Assembly (NCBI GenBank): GCA_044451425.1 | Contig: JBIOKC010000001.1 | Span: 1 to 42,796 of the forward strand | Reading direction: 5' to 3' | DNA: 42,796 nt | Source of the DNA: Thermodesulfobacteriota bacterium | Lineage (GTDB): Bacteria; Desulfobacterota_D; UBA1144; Nemesobacterales; UBA2774 | Shown: one piece after another, positions 37,848 to 42,796 of the stretch | How positions within the stretch are numbered: the stretch's first letter is position 1 | Layout of the letters: each line of letters begins with the position of its first letter | The notes under the pieces: model-generated | The model's input: the letters and a program-made list of their open reading frames with translations, nothing else | The model's database searches: none | What the model was told of the DNA's origin: nothing | Made by a program: the position numbers and the translations under genes

Positions 37848-38522
37848 TACATGATCTCCTTCAAGCTATAATATTCCTAATCAGTACCTGAACCCATACG
37901 ATTGAATCCGATATTACATATATAAACCAGTGTGAGCGGCATTTGGTTTCAGATTCAAATCAAGAGCTGTAACTGAAACAAATCATTGAAGAAAAATCCG
38001 ATCACGATGTCCTCTGGAGTCGAAATTCCTAGGGGGGCGGGTTATTATTTTTGACCTTACCCCATTATATTCAATTATACGAATGGATAATTAAAACCAT
38101 TCTACGTCCTTCAATCAGCAGAGGTTCAGTCGAAGCCTCGTACCAGAGGGTCCCGGACGTCACGGATTACAGAGCGGGGCGTGCCGGAATTGCACCTTTG
38201 TCAGTCAGTTCCGCAATTAGATGCGGAGACATTACTTACAGGAATATTATTAGGAAAGTGGCCAAAACAGCGAAAGTGGCACCGGTTACTAATCTTATAT
38301 CCAGATGCCAGGGGTGTCTCCGGAGGGCATAACGAAAATCCCTGATCAAGTTCATGAGTTCCTGCTGCTCCAGATCAAGAGCCGCGACGTCCGAGATCCT
38401 CCCGAATAAGGATCAGTTCAGAGTACCAAGTCTGAGCCCGAGCTCGGCCGTAGCGATTCTTTAGGCTGGTCATATCTCGAAATTTTTCTGTCGATAACTG
38501 TTTGCAGTGGATAACATTAGTA

Positions 38523-39284
38523 CTATTGTATTGTGGATTTATCCATATCCCCCGACGCATAGCTTCTGATATCTTCCCACTTTTGATTCAGAGTCCTGAG
38601 TATGCTGTCTGCCTCGCCGTAATTCCCCTCTTTCAGCGAATGGAGAAACTTCCAGATCTCCTCGACGGAGCGCTCGCGCTCTAGACTATAGGGATTGATG
38701 GCGGAGCAAAGCTCTCCGTAGTTCAATAACACGAATCCCGCGGGATCGAAACCCGAAAGCCACGCTTTGAGATCCTTCAGGCCCCTCTGCAGATTATCCT
38801 CGATGTAAATATAGACATACTTGTTCAGGTCTCCGGGATGCGCACTCAAGACAGCGGATAGAATACCCTCGGCCTCGCTTAATCTGCCGAGGGCGATGTG
38901 AACTCTCGTATCGTAATGGAGAGCGTTGAATCCCCAATGGGTGTAGAGGGTTTGTTTGTCGTCCTCACTGAAAAGTAAAAACCATTCGACCGGGATGAAA
39001 TTCTCGCAAAAAAACAAATTCGCCTTCGACTCGAACGGAGCGATGTAGTATTTTCCCTCTTCGTCTTTCGTAAAAAAGCAGTGCTCTATTTCCTCGGCGT
39101 CGATTCCCAGATGTTCGGAGAGGGATTTTACAAAAAATTCATATTCATTACCGAACCACACCCCGAAAGGCGAAGTGGGACCGCCCCAATATTGTTCGTA
39201 AAATTGAACATACTCCGACCAGTAATAGCTTTGTTCCGTCATACTGCCGAGCGGCTCGTACAGAATCAGAGTACTCTTGGCCAT
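38523..39284 (-). CDS. Hypothetical protein (253 aa), aromatic-rich
   Basis: A clean ORF with an ATG start and no signal peptide or TM. It is rich in W/Y/F (YYWSEYVQFYEQYWGGPTSPFGVWFGNEYEFF). I recognised no family. Confidence 0.6.
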   Translation of the reverse strand: MAKSTLILYEPLGSMTEQSYYWSEYVQFYEQYWGGPTSPFGVWFGNEYEFFVKSLSEHLGIDAEEIEHCFFTKDEEGKYYIAPFESKANLFFCENFIPVEWFLLFSEDDKQTLYTHWGFNALHYDTRVHIALGRLSEAEGILSAVLSAHPGDLNKYVYIYIEDNLQRGLKDLKAWLSGFDPAGFVLLNYGELCSAINPYSLERERSVEEIWKFLHSLKEGNYGEADSILRTLNQKWEDIRSYASGDMDKSTIQ

Positions 39285-39434
39285 GAGTCAGTAATAAACC
39301 AAAACGCATGTAAAATCAATCGAGCCGTCAATCTGTGTAAGAATAAATGAATACAATGAGGTTTATCAATACACTCAATGAGAGCTTACGACAACAGACA
39401 GGGCATAGCCTTACGTAACACTCTCAAAAAACGA

Positions 39435-39463
39435 TTGACAAAGGGTTTATATCCTGCTTAATA
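39435..39463 (+). promoter_or_regulatory. Candidate sigma-70 promoter giving a leaderless or near-leaderless transcript of the MerR-like gene
   Basis: TTGACA (39435-39440), a 17-nt spacer, then TTAATA (39458-39463). Only 8 nt separate the -10 box from the ATG at 39472, and no SD sequence is present. Confidence 0.35.
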
Positions 39464-39471
39464 TCTTTAGT

Positions 39472-40188
39472 ATGGCTGAAATTTCTCTGGAAGAAATTAT
39501 AAGAGAGGCAAAAAAAAGGAAGATAGACCTCGGAAGCAATCCGGAAAAAACAATAAAGATCTGCTCCAGACTCGGACTCATACCCAAACCGAAGAGGAAG
39601 AATTACACGTATGGCGGGGAAACAAAGACACGACTCGTATTTCCCGATGCGACTCTTGAGAAGCTCGCTCACATTAAAGCCATGAAATCGGAGGGACTTA
39701 CGCTCGAGGAAATCAGAGACAGCTTTGCACTCGAATACGTGCAGGGGGCTTTAAGAGACCTACTGAACGACGCCGACGACGATAAGGTAAAGGAGCTCGC
39801 CAACATTATAAGCAGAGAAAAAGATCTCGAATCGATTGTCGAGGCCCCGCTCGTATATCTGATTGAAGGTATGTCTCCGGAGGAGGCCAAGAAGCTGCTG
39901 ACATTGTTCTTCGGAGTGGGATATTATGCCCTCTTGGAAGCCCAGAAGTCGCTTGAGGAATTAAAGTTCAACGATGCCAGAAAAGCCCTCTTTAAAGCGA
40001 TCTTCTATAACTCGATCGCCATATTGAGACTTGCGAGAACGACCGGGGATACAAAGCTCGAGGATACGGCCTTCGAGCTTTACGAAAAGACCGTGATCGA
40101 GCCCATAGGCAAGGCGAGCGAACGAGTTAGGAAAGAGTTCATTAATTCCTTCGAGAGATATTTAAAGGACAAGGGCTTAACAAACTAG
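39472..40188 (+). CDS. Hypothetical protein with an atypical MerR-like N-terminal region
   Basis: 238 aa. The segment SRLGLIPKPKRKNYTYGGETKTRLVFPDATLEKLAHIKAMKSEGLTLEEIRD follows the MerR wing/helix pattern (GLL.P.R...GYR.Y....L..L..I..L...G.SL.EI). The remaining ~150 aa are helical with no recognised domain. Confidence 0.5.
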   Translation: MAEISLEEIIREAKKRKIDLGSNPEKTIKICSRLGLIPKPKRKNYTYGGETKTRLVFPDATLEKLAHIKAMKSEGLTLEEIRDSFALEYVQGALRDLLNDADDDKVKELANIISREKDLESIVEAPLVYLIEGMSPEEAKKLLTLFFGVGYYALLEAQKSLEELKFNDARKALFKAIFYNSIAILRLARTTGDTKLEDTAFELYEKTVIEPIGKASERVRKEFINSFERYLKDKGLTN

Positions 40189-40221
40189 AACGTTATTTTT
40201 CGTAGAGGGATTTTTTAATAT

Positions 40222-40476
40222 CTACCGGACACTTCGAGAAATATAATCCGATATAGTCCCTACCGTATCGAAGAAATCCGGGGTTATTTCGCTCTCATCG
40301 AGCTTCACCCCGAACTCCTCCTCGAGGGCAACCAGAAACTCAAGCCTCGCAACAGAATCTATACCGACACCGTATTCGATCAAAGGAACGTCATCTCCTA
40401 TCTCTAAGGCGTTTATTTCTTTAAATATATGCTCGGCGAGCACTCTCCTCACCCTTTCTCTGATATCGTTAATCAT
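40222..40476 (-). CDS. Acyl carrier protein (stand-alone)
   Basis: 84 aa and acidic, with the phosphopantetheine attachment motif GIDSVARLEF (the DSx Ser). Confidence 0.85.
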   Translation of the reverse strand: MINDIRERVRRVLAEHIFKEINALEIGDDVPLIEYGVGIDSVARLEFLVALEEEFGVKLDESEITPDFFDTVGTISDYISRSVR

Positions 40477-40497
40477 TTCTTTGTCTCCGGTGAATTA

Positions 40498-41985
40498 TTA
40501 CTTTAGCTGCTCCCTAAGTATTTTGCCCGTCGGGCTTCGTGGAAGCTCGCGGCGGAACTCAATTACCTGAGGAATCTTATATTGGGCTATCCTGCCCCTG
40601 CAAAATTCCAGTACCTCCCTCGTCTCCATCGGACACGCGGAAACTATCACGGCTTTAACGCGTTCGTTCCCCGTTCCGTCTTTTACGCCGAGGACGGCTG
40701 TCTCTATGATGTCCGGATGTCGTGAAAGGAGATTTTCAACCTCCGTAGGGTCTACTTTAAATCCGCCAACATTTATAAGAAATTTCCTTCGCCCCGTTAT
40801 ATATATATACCCGCTCTCGTCAACCCTTCCCAAATCCCCCGTTAAGTAGTAACCGCTCCTGAAAACTTTAGCTGTTTCTTCGGGGAGCCCGTAATAACCG
40901 GTTGTCATAGAAGGGCTCCTTACGGCGATCTCGCCAGTCTCCCCATAGCCGGTCTCTATACCATCCTCATCATAAATCTTAACTACGACATTATTCACCG
41001 GCCTTCCTACCGAGTTAAATCTATCCCTGATCTCATCCTCGCCGCAGAGGTTAATGGATATGACTCCGGTCTCGGTCGTCCCGTATAGCTGCCTCGGGTA
41101 AATGGAGAACTTCTCATGGAAGTTGTGAAAGGTGCGCTCCTCTAGAGGGGCTCCCGCTGAAATAACCAGCTTGAGGGAAGAGAGATCTTTAGGATCGGAT
41201 AAATATGTTTTTGAAAGCACGTCGAGTATCACCGGAACAGCGGGGAAAACGGTTATGGATTCTCTTTCAAGGAGATCGAGGACTCTATTCCTGTTAAAGT
41301 CTCCGCAAACTACCACGACAGAGCCTGCCTTCACGGCGCTAATGAAGTTCCCGAAACCGTAGGTGTGTGAAATGGGAACGGCGAAGAGAACCCTGTCTTT
41401 ATGGGTCCAGCCGACAGTCTCCGTATGATTGTTAGCCAGAGCCGCGAGATTATAGTGAGTCCTGGCTACACGCTTGGGTACGCCTGTCGAGCCTGTCGAA
41501 TAGAGATATATCGCCTCGTCTTCGGGCCCGACATTAGAGGCGGGATATTCAACAGAATAATCGCCCGTAAAGTTCAAGGAGGCACTCACTCCTTTTATAA
41601 GCGCTACATCTACACCGCTTCCCGAGATCGATTTCCCGGCTGCATACTCAAGCTCGTCACTCGTAGCTAAAAGCACTGCCCCTGAATGCTCCAGAAAAAA
41701 ACCCACCTCTTCCTCCTTAAAAGAGTTGTTGATCGGGACGGAAACGGCGCCCGACAATGCAGTCCCGAAAAGAGCGACGATGAGCTCTATAGAATTGGGG
41801 AGAAATATGGCGACACGGTCTCCCTTCTTAACATTACGGGAGGAGAGGAAGGACGCGAAGATCGCTGCCATGTGAGCAAGCTCCCCATACGTGACGCTTT
41901 TCCCGTCTTCAATAACAGCAGTGCGGGAAGCATATCTGTCAGCCGCTAATAAAAAGAGGCCGGATAGCGTATTCAAACCTGGCAA
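40498..41985 (-). CDS. ANL-family adenylating enzyme (acyl/aryl-CoA or acyl-ACP ligase)
   Basis: 495 aa with YLYSTGSTGVPKRV, QLYGTTE, YYLTGDLGRVDESGYIYITGR and GGFKV motifs, and the C-terminal PRSPTGKILR. It starts 7 nt after the argC stop and ends 21 nt before the ACP gene. Confidence 0.88.
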   Translation of the reverse strand: MPGLNTLSGLFLLAADRYASRTAVIEDGKSVTYGELAHMAAIFASFLSSRNVKKGDRVAIFLPNSIELIVALFGTALSGAVSVPINNSFKEEEVGFFLEHSGAVLLATSDELEYAAGKSISGSGVDVALIKGVSASLNFTGDYSVEYPASNVGPEDEAIYLYSTGSTGVPKRVARTHYNLAALANNHTETVGWTHKDRVLFAVPISHTYGFGNFISAVKAGSVVVVCGDFNRNRVLDLLERESITVFPAVPVILDVLSKTYLSDPKDLSSLKLVISAGAPLEERTFHNFHEKFSIYPRQLYGTTETGVISINLCGEDEIRDRFNSVGRPVNNVVVKIYDEDGIETGYGETGEIAVRSPSMTTGYYGLPEETAKVFRSGYYLTGDLGRVDESGYIYITGRRKFLINVGGFKVDPTEVENLLSRHPDIIETAVLGVKDGTGNERVKAVIVSACPMETREVLEFCRGRIAQYKIPQVIEFRRELPRSPTGKILREQLK

Positions 41986-41992
41986 GCTCTCC

Positions 41993-42796
41993 CTACGGAT
42001 ATATTCCCGAACCGCCGAGCGATTCGGTTTCCCGAAAACCGAACATTACATTCATATTCTGTACTGCCTGTCCCGAGGCCCCTTTGACAAGATTGTCGAG
42101 TGCAACGACCGTAACAAGTCTATCGGACTGCAGATTGAAACCCATCGCGCAAGTGTTTGAATATCTTACATCTTTAATCTCCGGGAATTCATTTGACGCG
42201 AACACCCTGACGAATGGCTCTCTCCCGTAATATTTGTCATAGAGCGCCGAAATATCCCCAGGAGCGTATTTCTCATTTAGACGGGAATAAATGGTGGTTA
42301 AAATCCCCCTGTTAACTGAAACCGTATGAGGCATGAAGCTTATTCCGACCTCGGTTCCAGAGAACGGGGAGAGAACTTCTTTCATCTCTTCCCCCTGATT
42401 AGTCGAGGCTCCTAAATTTATCCTTACGTTCTCATTCAATTCAGGGAAATGGTGCTCGAGGGTCGGGGCGCGCCCTCCTCCGGATCCACCCGCCTTAGCG
42501 TCAGCAACAATAGTGTGGATGTCGATGATCCCCTCCGATATTAGCGGGTACAAACCCAGTATAACTCCAGTCGCGTAACATCCGGGGTTAGCGACCAGCT
42601 TTGAGCCTATTATATCCTTCCTGAAGATCTCGGGTATCCCGTATACTGCATCGCGGATGTATTCTTTATATTTGTGCGCCATACCGAAAAGACTTTCGTA
42701 CACATCCGGACTTTTAAACCTGAAATCCGCGCTGAAATCTATGACGCGTACTCCCGCGTTGAGAAGCCTGGCCGCAAAATGCATTGAGGAACCATG
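41993..42796 (-). CDS. argC: N-acetyl-gamma-glutamyl-phosphate reductase, C-terminal ~267 codons (the N-terminus lies beyond the window end)
   Basis: ..HGSSMHFAARLLNAGVRVIDFSADFR.., the active-site motif ANPGCYATG, and the C-terminal DNLVKGASGQAVQNMN. The frame stays open to the window edge. Confidence 0.9.
   Translation of the reverse strand, partial: HGSSMHFAARLLNAGVRVIDFSADFRFKSPDVYESLFGMAHKYKEYIRDAVYGIPEIFRKDIIGSKLVANPGCYATGVILGLYPLISEGIIDIHTIVADAKAGGSGGGRAPTLEHHFPELNENVRINLGASTNQGEEMKEVLSPFSGTEVGISFMPHTVSVNRGILTTIYSRLNEKYAPGDISALYDKYYGREPFVRVFASNEFPEIKDVRYSNTCAMGFNLQSDRLVTVVALDNLVKGASGQAVQNMNVMFGFRETESLGGSGIYP

Noticed and set aside
38014-38043. The string ctggagtcgaaattcctaggggggcgggtt looked at first like a T-arm or tmRNA/tRNA-like element (GGAGTCGAAATTCC followed by a G-run).
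   Set aside because: There is no proper 5-bp T-stem around a TTCGAAT-type loop, no acceptor-stem complement and no CCA or tag-ORF context. I found no GGTTCGA(A/T)TCC-type tRNA T-loop anywhere in the window.
38254-38280. The GAAAGTGGC direct repeat resembles the GTGG units of the putative MraZ operator.
   Set aside because: There are only two copies, with 18-bp rather than 10-bp phasing, and they are far from any promoter I can identify. It is probably coincidental. It is mentioned only within the non-coding-region finding.
38051-38332. A 93-aa plus-strand ORF in the long intergenic region.
   Set aside because: It has a TTG start with no RBS and an R/I/S/C-rich composition unlike the other proteins in the window. 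It spans the long hairpin, so the region is more likely non-coding.
40222-42796. The idea that the ArgC-type reductase, the adenylating enzyme and the ACP form a trans-acting carboxylic-acid-reductase-like system.
   Set aside because: The ArgC fragment has fully canonical NAGP-reductase motifs (NPGCYATG, DNLVKGASGQAVQNMN). Known A-T-R systems use SDR-type reductase domains. Adjacency alone does not support the claim, so only the gene order is reported as a finding.

Overview
This is a chromosomal, mostly housekeeping window from an unidentified bacterium with mid-range GC and AGA/AGG/ATA-rich codon usage. I saw no rRNA, tRNA or CRISPR array. Gene content, left to right:
- 1-5375, minus strand: the start of a dcw cell-wall cluster, mraZ-rsmH-ftsL-ftsI-murE-murF'. 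It has a near-consensus promoter and a 10-bp-phased GTGG repeat array that looks like a MraZ operator.
- 5773-10713, plus strand: a small ORF, murJ, a TPR protein, aroQ and recJ.
- 10783-17783, minus strand: the glycine cleavage genes gcvT-gcvH-gcvP, a secreted Tyr/Asn/Pro-rich protein and an acyl-CoA synthetase.
- 17909-20265: a peptide deformylase gene cleanly split by a 1-kb IS481-like element, then alpha-acetolactate decarboxylase.
- 20531-26887: a cysteine desulfurase, a THEP1-type NTPase, a secreted 24-Cys triple-repeat protein, a glycerate kinase, a CdaA-YbbR fusion (c-di-AMP cyclase) and a DUF2237 protein.
- 27308-30217: an ECF sigma gene with one in-frame stop, and a two-gene unit of an MshEN-linker-receiver protein plus an unknown 190-aa protein.
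- 30823-37847: glnB-glnA with a terminator, an isolated nuoJ-nuoK-nuoL cluster, endonuclease III and a divergent sigma-70 gene behind a 675-bp non-coding region.
- 38523-42796: a divergent pair of uncharacterised genes (253 aa, and a 238-aa MerR-like protein), then argC'-adenylating enzyme-ACP.

I did not recognise a classical defence or secondary-metabolite island. The best candidates for novelty are the Cys-repeat protein, the MshEN-REC unit with its partner, the CdaA-YbbR fusion and the uncharacterised divergent pair. The best-supported unusual event is the IS-split def gene.
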